From Octopus vulgaris (Eukaryota): a DNA stretch of 64,000 nucleotides. The stretch spans positions 34,038,001 to 34,102,000 of the forward strand of contig OX597825.1 of assembly GCA_951406725.2 (NCBI GenBank), written 5' to 3'. Below, piece by piece: positions 1 through 12,752 of this stretch. Within the stretch, counting starts at the first letter, position 1, and every line of letters begins with the position of its first letter. A model generated the notes under the pieces. The model ran no database searches. It saw only the letters and a list, made by a program, of their open reading frames with translations, and was not told where the DNA came from. A program made the translations under genes and the position numbers.

Positions 1-47
1 ATGTATAAATTATTTCCGCATCCTAACCGATGCATCTATCTATATTC

Positions 48-98
48 GCATTCTGAAGAGATTCACTTAAATCAGTAAATTGAAACGATCGTAAATGC
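48..98 (+). ncRNA. Type I hammerhead ribozyme motif (minimal, Penelope-associated type)
   Basis: gcatt-CTGAAGA-gattcact/agtaaatt stem II-GAAA-cgatcg-TA-aatgc; perfect 5-bp stem I, intact core, palindromic stem III, GUA site. Confidence 0.8.
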
Positions 99-438
99 TA
101 CTTTCATCTCTGCTTCTTCCTTCTTTGTTATCTAATTATCTTATCAGCGAAAACCACGAGTTTCCCAATGTTATTATATCTATTTTCTTCTCCTATATAA
201 CCTAAACTACGGTTTACCAACCGAACCACCTGCTACCGTACAACCTTACAAAAGACGGTACCTACCCAGGTAATAACTAGGAGCGACTCTGGATTTAATT
301 ATCCCTTAGAGGTATTAAACCCCTCTAACAGATACCTACACAATACACACGCACACACACATACATTTATATTGGATTTGTACCAACTTCAATTTGAATT
401 AAAGATTGTCTACACTGACATATTTTTCCTTTCCTTAA

Positions 439-442
<4 letters not shown>

Positions 443-489
<47 letters not shown>

Positions 490-490
490 G

Positions 491-526
<36 letters not shown>

Positions 527-626
527 TGTATGTATATATATGTATGTATGTATTATATATGTACGTATGTATTTTATAAACATATATATATATAATATAT
601 GTGTGTGTGTATTATATATATATATA
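443..626. repeat. (TA)n/(TATG)n compound microsatellite
   Basis: Directly visible; many similar TA, CA, GA and ATT tracts occur throughout the window. Confidence 0.95.
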
Positions 627-1413
627 CTAGCATTATGACCCATCTCTGCCGGGTCATAGTGCTAGTGCATGTATATATGTGTATATATATGTGTACATAT
701 TACATGTACATCTATATATATACATCTACACATAGAATACAAAATACAAAGTTATATCTTGATATCTCCAGTGATAACAATACTGAAAATATATAACAGA
801 CTGGAATTGTAGGACTATTACATTTCTGCACGCTTCTTTTATTTTTTATTTATTCCCATTCATGTGAAACCACTTATTCAAGTTCAAATCCTTGATGCAA
901 TTTTATACCAATTGCTATTTTTACTTTTGTTATGTTACGATTATATTATACTTTAGTTTGATTTTAATTATTACTTACTACATATAATTCAATTGTTATT
1001 ATTATTTTTATTGTTAAAGTGAAAGTATCTGACATAAAATAGAGAAATGTTTTTGTTTCACTTTTAACACGTAATACTGAAATAGTGGAGAAGATATGAT
1101 ATTGCTATGGGCTCGCCCTAGGCAAGAAGTTGAACATTTTTTGCCCATGATACTACATGGACCCTAAGTAAGGCATGTGTCAAATTTGAATGAAATTGGT
1201 TGTGTAGTTCTCGAGTTTTAGGGAATCATAGTGGAGAAGATATGATATTGCTGTGGGCTCGCCCTAGGCAAAAAGTTAAAGTTTTTTGCCGATGACACTC
1301 CCCGGACCCTAAGTAAGACATGTGTAGAATTTGAATGAAATTTGTTGTGTAGTTCTCAAGTTTTAGGGAAACACACAGACAGACAGACACACATTCTCAG
1401 TTTTATATATAGA
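627..1413 (-). mobile_element. Non-autonomous Helitron-like element with internal ~145 bp tandem duplication
   Basis: Minus strand starts TCTCTATATATAAAACTGAGAATGTGTG near 1413; hairpin plus CTAG at 627-666; 1084-1226 repeated at 1229-1368. Confidence 0.55.
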
Positions 1414-1817
1414 GATATATATATATACACCTATTACATGTATATATCTTTTATCTTTCATGGGTCTCAGCCAGAGGTTGAGGCCATGCTGGTGCACTGC
1501 GTTTACAGTGTTCTGGTATTTTTCCAGTATTGCTTCTGGTAAAGTAGTGAGTTGGACATTGCCCCTCTTCTTTGTGCCTCCTGTCGCAATCTGGGTTCAT
1601 CCAGTATTGCAGATAAAATGTTGTCTAGATTTTTTTTGAAGACGTCCATGTCTACACCTTGCAGATACCGTGGGAGGGCATTAAAAAGTTCTGGTCCCTA
1701 GAATCCCAAGATATCACAATATTGGGTTCATATCCTCGATGGAGAAGATGGCACATTTGGTACTGTGCATTGTCATCCAGTTCGGGTTATTGTTGGAGCC
1801 AAACCCTCCATATTTTG

Positions 1818-2089
1818 GTTGTTCCTTCTCGAGCCATGCCTGGCTCATAAGGGCCGGTTTCTTGGCGTATAGGTTCCCCACCTGGACGGGGCACCGGTCC
1901 GTCGCAGGTGAGCTGCAAGATGCAGGAAGAAAGAGTGAGAGAAAGTTGTGGCGAAAGAGTCAGCAGAAGTTTCGCCATTACCTTCTGTTTTGCTCATAAA
2001 CACACATATCGCCTGGTCTGAGATTCGAATCCACCATCCCTCGACCGCGAGTCCGCTGCTCTAACCGCTAGGCCATGTGCCTCCTCCGC
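1818..2089 (-). mobile_element. tRNA-derived SINE inserted in the LINE
   Basis: A box TGGCCTAGCGG and B box GGATTCGAATC; approximate TSD AAAAT(A)ATGG; homologous to 14208-14508. Confidence 0.85.
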
Positions 2090-2259
2090 CATTATTTTCC
2101 ACAAGCATAGCACTGTATAGCTCTCACATCTCTCCAGGGAGTAGAGTCCCAGCTCCTTCAGTCTCACCCAGTAGCCCATGTGTTTTACTGAGTCTATTTT
2201 CTTTGTGAAGTGGCGTTGGATTGCTTCTAGTTCTGCAATTAGTTTTACGTTCTAAGAGA

Positions 2260-2452
2260 ATTAATTCCAAAGACAAAAACGAAAAAGTCATCTTGAAATA
2301 CAAATTATTTGATTGTTCGTTACTCTCTGGGCTAGAAAAGGTCATTTTAATACTTTTTATTGGTCATAATTATTCATGCCAATATATAATTCCTGACGAA
2401 GAATCTAATTTTTATTTCAAGAAGAGTTTTTCGTTTTTGCCTTTGGAATTAA
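2260..2452. mobile_element. MITE-like insert with ~26 bp inverted repeats
   Basis: ttaattccaaagacaaaaacgaaaaa ... tttttcgtttttgcctttggaattaa interrupting the LINE. Confidence 0.5.
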
Positions 2453-5188
2453 CCCATTAAGTCCCAGAGCATCTGCTCTGCTTCCTACTTTGTGGACAGT
2501 GCAGATTATTTTTACTTTTAACATTTGAGGAAATGTACTGCATTCAAGGGAACTCTGGCAAAGCATTTGCAGTTGGTTTTGCAAGAGCTTTCTTGCATGT
2601 TTTTAATAGAATTGCTGGGACTCCATCTGGGCCTGTTGCAGAGTTTTAATTTATCTCGTCAATGGCCAACAGTATGTCCTCTTCTGTAGTGTCAATGTAA
2701 TTGATCGTCGCCTTTTTCTCTTGTAGGTTAGCGGTGTTGAAGAACTCATCAGGTCTGCTTATTTTCATGTTTTCTAGTGGGTAGGTGGAAACACTTTGGA
2801 ATTGCCAATTCAGTTCTTCACTTATTCTCTTGGGGTCTGCAGTCAGTGAGCCCTTTTCATCAAACAGTGGCTCTATCCTGTATTGCAGACTTTTTTGCGA
2901 ACTTGTAGAAGGCTTTAGGGTTTCTTTTTATATTTTACACTGTCCTGACTTCTCTGTTTACCTTTCCTTTTTCATGGGAGAGTCTGATTTTATTGTCAGT
3001 CTCTAAGAGTGCCATTTTGAGGTAGGACTTTTTGCTGTCATTAGGCTCCTTATTTAAGTGATTCGAGATCTTCATCCTCCGTCACATTAAGATTCTTTTA
3101 TCTTGGGGAATAATGTTCTTATGTGTGGTGGCTTTCTTCTCTGGAACAAACTTAATGCATACAACTCACATTATTAACATGAATTCATTGAATTTCATGT
3201 CAGTGTCTTGCATGGACAAACTTTTAAGCCAGTTTCACTGGAGTATCTTTTGTTGATGGACTTCCAGTCAGCCTTGTAGGAGTTCAGGTTGGCTAGCGCT
3301 TGAGATCCAGTAATGTATGATTGTTTAATTAGCTTTGGACCATATATTGACAGTTCTATCAAGTTATGGGCTGAATGGGTAGACGGTAATATGTTTATGT
3401 TGTAGATGAAGTCCATCTTGTTTGTGAAGCAGAAATCCAGGATGTTGTTATTTCTGGTTGGGGAACGTATGGTCTGCTCCATGAACATCATATTCATGAG
3501 ATCTACTAGAGATTCTGGCTGATTGCATTCTTTTTGTGTCAGTCCTGAGGTTATGACACCTTCGGGCCATCTAATGTTGGGGAAGTTGAAGTCACCCTTC
3601 AGAAGAACATTAGAGCACTAGTCTAGGTTTATAAGTACTTCTTTCATCATTGTAAGACATTCCTCAAACTCGCCATTGTAGTATGAGGCTTCAGGTGGGC
3701 GGTATAATGTGCATATTACGACGTCAAGTTGCTTTAGAAATACTATGTGTCGCAGACTGCATTCGAATGCGACAGCTGTGTCAGTGCTGTGACATCTAAA
3801 CGGAAGTACATTGCAACTCTGCCATGACTTCTCTCTTTTCTGTCTGTACAGAACACAATATACATTGGTATGTGTATCTCTGCATCATATTATGTCTGCA
3901 TATAGATAAGTCTCTGTGAGTGCAATGCATATAGCTTGATTGCATGCAGACAGTTCTCCCAGATATGCAATTTTGCTCTTGCTGTTGTTTTGCAGTAGAA
4001 TTGGTGTGATGGACGACTTGGCGGCAGTGGTGGCCATCCTAGGTCCATTGCTTGTGGTGGTCTTGTGTGTGGGTGTGCTTGGCTTAATTTTGCTTGTAGT
4101 CGTGATAACTGCTGCATTATCATTTGTGAGATACTTAAAAAATGTTGCTGCTTGGCTGCTGCAGCTCACACTGTACCTGCATACAGCTTTCTGGCAGTCT
4201 TTTTTGTTGGTGTGGACTTTCCTGGGCATAAGTGCTTATCCTGATTCCCGGGTGGAGAGTGGTAACTGCTGTGCATTCTATCTTGCCAAAGCAGCAATGT
4301 ATTCCCTTTTCTCCATGCCAGTAGACTCCTTTTATGTAGAATTTGCAGGTTGCATTTATGGGTTTAGCCTTAGGTTTGAACCCTGCCACCCCTGTCTTGC
4401 AGCTGGTTCCTCTTGCTGAGCTGCCATGTTGGGGTCATTTCTCTTGAGAGTTTTGGCATTTTTTTCTTGCTCCTCTTCAATTTCTACATTACTGTGATTA
4501 CCCTCATTAGTGGGTATAGAGCTTGTTGCTCTGGGCCTCTAACTTGAGGCATCAGTTTTGGCGTTTTCCATGCAAACAATTTTCTTAGGTGAATGAGCAT
4601 TTTTAAATTTTAAAATGGTGTCTAACTTGTCCAGATGTCGCCTGACGAGTTCATTGGAGTGGCTGAGTTCTTTCTTTTTTTTCATTCTATCTGCGCCTTG
4701 GTCCTATTGAATCCATTGTTTTTCAAGGCTGCAGTAATCACATTATTCGGTTGGTCATTTTCAGCAGCGATCCAAGCCCAGAGGAGTTGATCTATTTCTG
4801 TGTCCTTCCAGGTTGCCCTAACCCTAACCTTAACCCTATGTTACAATTTTCTTCATGGCGTGTGTTTGATTGGCGAGTGCAGAGAGAGAGGGAGAAAGGG
4901 GGTCGTGATAGGGATATCAAGGGAGGGGGAGGAGTTGGGGAAGTGAAGATGAGAAGAGAGCAGAACAGAGGAGTACACTAATAGGGAGTGGGTGAGAGAA
5001 GACAAGATAGGAGGAGAGGAGAGCAGAAGAGTATACTTGAAGAGTGAGGGAGGATAGGCGAGGAAAGTGAGGAGAGCAAATTGATAGAAGAGAGTGAGGA
5101 GTAGGGAATCTACAATTACAGAGAATTGATTGAAGAAAGTTTAGCTGATACAAGTTAATTTTTATATAATATAAATATATATATATAT

Positions 5189-5228
<40 letters not shown>

Positions 5229-5237
5229 ATATATATT

Positions 5238-5280
<43 letters not shown>

Positions 5281-5415
5281 AAATATATTTATATATTATA
5301 TATATATATGTTGAAGGGAATGGTAAGACAACCAAAGAACGAAAGATACCTCGATATTATGTAAATAGAAGAATTTATGTATGAAATTAATAAGTGACAA
5401 TTATTTGGTAGCCAT

Positions 5416-5476
5416 GATAAATCTCCGAGTTTCGGATGTCGGGGCGGAAACTCACGCCGCCATCTCTTCAGTTATT
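5416..5476 (-). ncRNA. Hammerhead-like motif in a Penelope pLTR-like repeat (cleavage-site U mutated)
   Basis: Minus: ataa-CTGAAGA-gatg...catc-c-GAAA-ctcggag-AT-ttat; paralogue at 46439-46501. Confidence 0.6.
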
Positions 5477-6347
5477 CGGCCATCGAAAAGATGCTATGAA
5501 AATGACCGTTAAACAAAGGGAAATTACTGTGTGATTGACCGTTGTTAAGACAAAAGAGCTATTGGAATGACCGCTAAGTGAGGAGAGGGAGTAAAGGTAA
5601 GGGAGTAAAAATGTTCATAGTATTTGCATAAGCGCACATGTCCATACCTACACATGCAAGCCGGCACACCTATGTACATGCGCCTTTAAGCATATACTCA
5701 TCCACCTTCACTTGAAACACACATATGCCTACCCACACATTCGCCAAAAAATATATACATACCCGCATACACGTTCCCCCCCCCACACACACACACACGC
5801 ACAAAACAGGTTCATACACACGTCTATATACGCACATGCACAAGAAAAAATAGGGCTAAAGGCAAAATACAGAAAAAGTGTAGAGAAGTATAAAAAAAAT
5901 AAGCAATACGAGAAAGCAATTATTCAAGGAAAATATTTTTATGAATTCATGTTATAAAAAAATTTGTCTTTCAAGTTTTAATTCGCTATTAACGTATACT
6001 TAATGTAAAGACATGATTTATTGAATGAAAATTATTTTAAATACGTACAATTTTCGAACGTGGGATAGCTGTGAGAAGAGTCTAGAAAGTTGGGTAATTA
6101 CTATTAGAAGACGAGGAGAAAAAACAAAAAGTTACCGGCATGTATTCGAAACTTGCACCTTATTCATAGTTTCCAAACAACTGCAACAGTGACACACACA
6201 CATACACACCAATACACACTCGCATACACACACATGGATACACATACACAAATGAAAGGCAATGAATGTGTGCGTGTATGTGTGTGCTGTTCGCTGACAA
6301 AACTTCGTGCTGCATCACTTTTGTGAAGTTTTGTCAGTGAACAGGTC

Positions 6348-6973
6348 GGATCTTTTCCCTTTGAACGGCACACAATTTCTAGTTAACTAAACACTTTAAA
6401 ACTTCGTATACTAGTAGAATGTGACAAAATAAAACATTTTTTTCTCTTGGCTTCCTTGAGAAAATTGTAATTCGTTTGTTTAACGTAGTTTAATTTTTCG
6501 AATTTTAACCAATGAATCGCCTCTAATTGAGCTAAAATCATTTGCTGCGTCTAAAACTGAGACAGCATCCTGTCACTAACCCTAACCCTAACCCTAACTT
6601 TTTTTTCTTAATTGTTAAATTAATTTAATTGTTACGCGTGTAAAAAAACGAAAGCAATGGAAAATTATTTTCCATTGCTTTCGTTTTTTTTTACACGCGT
6701 AACAATTAAGAAAAAAAAAATTAGGGTTAGTGACAGGATGTTGTCTCAGTTTTAGACGCAGCAAATGATTTTAGCTCAATGGAGGTAATCGATTGGTTAA
6801 AATGCTGAAATGCTCGAAATTTCAGACGAAATATTTTACAAACTATAGAATTTTCTCAATAAAACCAAGAGAAAATGATGTTTTATAAACACATCCTACC
6901 AGTATACGAAGTTTAAAACTTTTTAGTTACCTAGAAATTATGTTACAAAGTGCCGTTCAAAAGGAAAAGATCC
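6348..6973. mobile_element. Foldback MITE with 8-bp TSD (Merlin-like)
   Basis: TIR GGATCTTTTCC(C/T)TTTGAACGGCA at both ends; exact TSD AACAGGTC at 6340-6347 and 6974-6981; internal (CCCTAA)n/(TTAGGG)n. Confidence 0.85.
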
Positions 6974-8006
6974 AACAGGTCAAACGGTTTCAAAGCGAAG
7001 AAAATATTTTGAAACAAATGAAGTTTTAATGTTGAAGTAAAACTAACGGTATTTGTGTGTACTTGAATGGTTTACAAACATCTTCCATGCTGCAATTGTT
7101 TTTGTTTCAGCACACGATCCCAGATTATGTCACGTGCTATGCAAGTACATCACCATAATTTTTTAAAATCACTATGGAAAAATTCCAGCAATGACCTCAG
7201 GCTCTCCAATATTTTAATTTCTAAACAGAAACAATCGGGGGCAGAGAGTGGGGTTGCAAAACATTCATAATTTCTCAAATTTTCTTTTTTTATAGCATAT
7301 ATATGTATTTATGGGGGGAAATAGTGAAAAACATCATTACGTGTAAGAGTGATAAAGAAGTGAGGATGGTTGTCTTTGGATGTGCTAGAAACAACAGCCA
7401 AATCGCCCTTAAATCACATTTCTCTTTGAAAATACTAACAATTTAAAGACAGTTTTTTTACCGAAAATGCTCTTGCCATGGTTTTGAAGTGCAAAAAAAA
7501 AAATTGGTCTAAATAGATCCGGAGTGGGATGATGAGGGAAGGGGGGCGTGAAAATAAAAGAGTTTTCAAATCTTTTTTATACAATAATGCTTTCCCCCCC
7601 TACCCCATCATTTCAAAGGCTGTGATTTTTTAAAAAATGGGAGAAATCTCCGAAAAAATTTTCCCCACAAATTTCTTTATGATCGTAATCTATGCCATTT
7701 GAAAGGGATATGTACAAATTTTCATTAAAAGATACCGTCTTCTTAAAAGTTATGAGGGAAAAAGTCAGATTGTGTGAATTTTCTGAAACTCCTCTCTCCA
7801 CTCCCTCACAAAAATTCTTTCCTATAAATCCTGATATACTCTGAAGCTGCAACATCTAAGCGGTTTTTGTAGAAAATTTTGTTAAAAAAGTATCCATTTT
7901 TCTGGATGTTATGAGGCAACAAAGTTGGGGACGTACACATCTGTAGTAATGCCCTTTATACGATTTTTTCATTTCCTGATTATTTCATTCATTGTTTGCA
8001 ATTTTT

Positions 8007-8113
<107 letters not shown>

Positions 8114-8493
8114 TGCAAAGCTTACAGAATTGGCTGCTGAATTCAAATCTCTATGTTGCTTTGAGCAGAAGGTAAAACTTGACAAACTGCTTCTCCCTCT
8201 GTTGATAGACCACTGTGATGTTTGTTTAAAAAAGAGAGACTATTACTGTGATAAAATAATGAAAACAATATTTACTAAGCAAGTGATTACTGTTATACAA
8301 AGAAATAATTAGACGTAAAATATAGAAATTATTAGAAATGGAAATCAAATTTGAAAATATTATCAAGGGCCTATCAGAAAACTGCCCAGAGGGCAGTCTT
8401 TCTGCTAGTATATATGTTAAACATAAATATATATAATATACATATAATACAATATGTATAATATAATATATAAATATATATAATATACATGTA

Positions 8494-8534
<41 letters not shown>

Positions 8535-9039
8535 TATATATATAAATATATATAATGTACATATACATAAATATATATATATGTGTGTGTGTGTGTGTGT
8601 ATGTATACTAATGTGTATGTATATATACACATACAGAGCACACTGAGATGAGTGAGAAGGAGGAAGGAAAGTAACCTCAAACCAAAGACCTAATCTGAAT
8701 GTGTGCAATATTGTGGACTCCAGTGAAAGCACCTAATATGGCAGGCAGGGATGTTAAACTAGATCACAAATTAAGATTCTCAGCCAAACGGGAATATGAC
8801 AAGATTTGAACTCAAAAACACATCGAGTTGAACAAATGCCACAAAGCACTTGATCCAATGTTTTTGCTGTTCTGCTCATCCATCACCCTGGATTAGTACT
8901 TCTTTTATCAACCCTGAAAGGATGAAAAGCAAATTTGACCGTCATAAATACATGCCATAAGAAAGCACAAATGACTATTTTCCAATAAATTTTGGACATT
9001 TCCAAGTTTGCTCCGAGAAGAAATAATAATGAATACACT

Positions 9040-9735
9040 AGCAAGGCTGTGTGGTTAAGCAGCATGCTTTGCAACCATGTAGTTTTGGGATCAGTCCCAC
9101 TGTGTGGCACTTTAAACAAGAGTCTTCTACTACAGCTCTGAGTCAATTTGGTTGACAGAAACTGTGTGGAAGCCTGTTGTGTTGATGTGTGTGTGCATTT
9201 CTGTTTGTCCCCACCACTGCTCAACTATACATGTTGGTTTGTTCATATCCTCATAATTTAGTGGTTTAGTGATAGAGAATAATAAAATAAGTACTGGGAT
9301 TAATTTGTTCTTCTAAACGAGTGGTTCTCAACCGAGGTCAATATGGACCCTGAGGGGCCATATAAGATTTTTGTGGGTCCAAACAAAAAATAATAAATTG
9401 GTGATCCACAATACCATTTTAAAGTTTCCTGAAAAAATTTTGCATTTCATGTATGTATTGTTATGTATTGCAAGATACAGCTGGGTGTTTTTCCTCTAAT
9501 ATTTGATATAGTTCAACCAACTCAAGTTAATGGGTTAAAAACAAAATAGGAATTTTAAAAGATGTTTCCATAAAACTAGTTTTTGAACATTGAATGGTAA
9601 TGAGGTGCGAGTCTACCAGAATACAATAGTAACGAAAAGGGATCTGTAGATAAAAATTGGTTGAGAACTCCTGAAGCCTTCATGGTTGTGCCCCAGCATG
9701 TCCGCAGTTCAAGGAACAAAACAAGCAAAAAATAA
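9040..9735 (+). mobile_element. tRNA-derived SINE interrupted by a hAT-like MITE (about 9318-9673)
   Basis: SINE head ggctgtgtggttaagcagc...cagtcccactg; MITE ends gagtggttctcaacc / ggttgagaactcctg; SINE tail resumes after 9673. Confidence 0.65.
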
Positions 9736-10399
9736 ACGATAAAAAGAAATAAATGGAGAAAATAAGGAACTACAACTTACTGGTTAATTAAAATTATGAT
9801 TCCCACAAATCAGTGACTGCTCTAAATGGGTTTTTTTATTTTTTATTTCAGTCCTTTATATTCTGATTTCAAATCTTCTTGGGAACAGCTTGCTTGTTAG
9901 TTCTTTCGTTGGTTTGGTAAACTAATTCTAATGAAGAGTGTGGTTAATCAATATGTATGTGCTACACAGCTACATCTAATCCACTCCTAAATTATTTTGG
10001 GCTTGGATCTAAAGTGAGATGTAATATGTTTCGTCAATAAGATTATGTGTGCATGTAATTTTAGTGTGTTGATGCAGCTTTAATTACATGTGTATGTGTA
10101 TAGTGTGTGTTATGCATACATACATATATTTGTATATACATACATATGTGTGTAAGTGTAATTCACTTGAATAGTAACTGAGAGCAGGAAATTCTTTAAA
10201 GTAACAAACAGAATTTGAAAATTTCAAAAACAATCCTTAGCATTCCTTTCTCTTTTTCTTTTTTTTTTTGTTTATGGTTTACAAATCTCCTACAGATGAT
10301 CCTGTACATTATTTATTTGATATTTTATTTATTCAGAGATTGTCTTTTGCCACTAAAAACAATGGAACTATGATGATGTTAACCATAAAACAAGTTGAT

Positions 10400-10795
10400 A
10401 AAATAAGTCAGTTTCATCGAACTCCAGTGTTCAACTGGTACTTATCTTATCAACCCAAAAAGGAATGAAGGCAAGGTTGACCTTGGTGGAATTTGAATTT
10501 AGAACATAAATATGATTGAAATGTTGCTAACCATTTTGCCTGCTGTGCTATTAATTCTTCCAGATTGCCACCCTATTGTTAATGTTAATATTCTTTTCTA
10601 CTCTAGGCACAAAGCCCGAAATGTTTGGGGAGGGGGGAACCAGTCGATTAGATCGACCCCAGTATGCAACTGGTACTTAAACTGGTATTTATCAACCCTG
10701 AAAGGATGAAAGGCAAAGTTGAACTCAGAACGTAAAAACAGATGAAATACCGTTAAACATTTCACCCAGCATGCTAACGTTTCTGCCAGCTTGCT
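10400..10795 (-). mobile_element. Two adjacent copies of an abundant ~210 bp SINE
   Basis: Family consensus agctggcagaaacgttagca...ctgagttcaa...catcctttc...gggtcgatctaatcgactgg...tgtgcctagagtagaaaag. Confidence 0.8.
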
Positions 10796-11199
10796 GCAGA
10801 ACAGTTTCTTCCAGGTTTTTGTTAAGGTATACTCATCCAGTAATTCTAAGGTTGTATAGAAGACAGTATTTCTCAGGGTATTCACAACAAGTCCATAAGA
10901 TTTTTACTTCTTTTTTAAAGAAATTTATTGATGCATTTATTTTGGCTGCTGTTTTCAACAAATACTATCTAAGTAAAACCATATGGTTCTTAAAGGTTTT
11001 CTAGGTTCATGTTAAGTCTCTTGCCTTCTCATTTGCAATAGACATTTAAGAGCAGATTCAAACAACACATATACTCTTTCAAATTTATTGATGGAACATG
11101 GAATCAACATCACCTCACTCCCACATTATGTTTGAAACATTAGGGACTAGTTCAAAATGTTCACACAGCCCAAAGCATACTAGATTCTACATCCACGCT

Positions 11200-11470
11200 A
11201 TCCAAAAACAAAAAAGGAAAAGGATGAAAGATCTTTCCAAGCCACAGGTTCACAATGCCAGTTTCCTGGATTCTGGGACATGTCTGTTCCTTCCCTGGAT
11301 GGGACATTGGTCTGTTGCAGGATTACTCATTTTTACCAGCTGAGAGGAGTGGCGCAATGTGAAATGAAGTTTTATGATTAATAGCATAACACATCACCTG
11401 GTCCAGGAATTGAAATCACACTCCTATGATCACGAGTGCAACATCCTACCATGAAGCTACACACTTCCAC
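11200..11470 (-). mobile_element. Degenerate SINE of a third family
   Basis: tRNA-like head on minus strand (gtagcttcatggtaggatgttgcactc...gatttcaattcctggacc) and conserved body. Confidence 0.5.
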
Positions 11471-12087
11471 TCTCTATATATCAATATGGCACAAATGTAT
11501 GTTATAATTATTGGAGAAATTTGACACCCTAACTCAAGAATCATGATCACTGTATACAAGATTTAAAATTTGAAGCCACTGCAAGCACAGGGCAAAATGC
11601 TACAAAAATTTTACTTACAAACCAGCTGCCATTGGTTTTGAAGTGTGGCCTCTTTTGACCATCAGAAAATAGTATAACACACAATCAGTATTTATCATCT
11701 CCTCTTTATCTACATCAGTATCAACAGAAGGCAGTGAATCTCAACACTTGACTATTATTACTAGATTACTAGCTAAGTACTTGTTACAGTTTCATCTACC
11801 ATCTGGTTTGCAGCATTCCAAAACAGTCATGAAATTCTGGCTCTTGAGTAGTAATCTACTTCATACGTGTATGAGTAACTGTTATACACTTGTGATTACT
11901 TCCGTAAGAGCATGTGCATGATTCAAAACTGGCTGAATTAGTGTTGATGTCAGAGATAGAAAAATAGAGAAGGGGAGAGAGAGAGAGAGAGAGAAAATAG
12001 ATATATATTTGCTTCATTCTCTCTCTCCCTCCTTCTCTCTCTCTCTCTATATATATATATGTGTGTGTGTGTGTGTATACACACACA

Positions 12088-12400
12088 GAAAACTATTATT
12101 TCTAAATCTCTGGATGAGAAACATTCAGTAACATTACTCTAGAGTAAAGATTATTTGCCAACATAATGTGTCAGTCATGGTGAGGATGAATGTTACTATT
12201 ATTTAGCTCCAGGAAACATCGTCTCCAGCTGGCTATCAATGCCCTATCTGCATCATTGTTTAAGACGATGTTTCCTGGAGCTAAATAACAGTAACATTCG
12301 TCCTAACCAGGACTGCCATATTATGCTGTCAAATAATCTTTACTCTAATGTACTGTTACTGAATGTTTCTCATTCAGAGATTTAGAAGTAATAGTTTTCC
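12088..12400. repeat. Inverted repeat of ~140 bp arms (Penelope pLTR-like family)
   Basis: 12088-12224 is the reverse complement of ~12262-12398; further copies at 12840-12933 and 40140-40285. Confidence 0.85.
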
Positions 12401-12489
12401 TATTTATAAGATCAGTGACTGTGTGTCACTTAGAAAAATATATATTTCAAACAAGAATTTCATGTCACTGCCTCTAGCCGAGTAGTTAT

Positions 12490-12535
12490 TCTGTGCTGAT
12501 GAAGGGAAATAACCTAGAAACCATGGGTACACAGA
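12490..12535 (+). ncRNA. Type I hammerhead ribozyme motif
   Basis: tctgtg-CTGATGA-agg gaaataa cct-a-GAAA-ccatggg-TA-cacaga; 6-bp stem I, one extra nt before GAAA. Confidence 0.7.
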
Positions 12536-12541
12536 TATTCA

Positions 12542-12752
12542 TTTCTACTCTAAGCACAAGGCCCAACATTTTGGGAGAAGGGGCCAGTCAATTAGATCGA
12601 CCCCAGTATGCAACTAGTACTTAATTTATCCACCCTGAAAGGATGAAAAACAAAGTCAACCTTGGTGGAATTAGAACTTGGAACATAAAGACTGACTAAA
12701 TACTGCTAAGCATTTCGCCCGGCATGCTAACGTTTCTGCCAGCTCGCCACCT
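12542..12752 (-). mobile_element. SINE (~210 bp family)
   Basis: Near-complete match to copies at 10590, 14810, 27530 and 60800. Confidence 0.85.

Larger units (their letters stand above)
1480..4815 (-). mobile_element. Degenerate CR1/L2-type LINE (ORF1 with CCCH-like finger, APE endonuclease, start of RT, 3' end; internally deleted)
   Basis: Translated motifs IALTETYL, YRPP, GDFNFPNIRW, PTRNNNILDFCF, ATGPDGVPAILLK, YWVRLKELGLYSLER; many stops and frameshifts. Confidence 0.85.

Noticed and set aside
372-796. ORFs rich in YI/HT/CV/LS/ER (here and throughout the window)
   Set aside because: Translations of microsatellites.
2393-2420. CTGACGA hammerhead core
   Set aside because: No correctly placed GAAA or stems.
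3940-4419. Hydrophobic 159-aa ORF resembling a membrane protein
   Set aside because: Antisense to the LINE ORF1/ORF2 region.
6576-6600. True telomere or chromosome fusion site
   Set aside because: Only 2-4 CCCTAA units, internal to a MITE with TSD.
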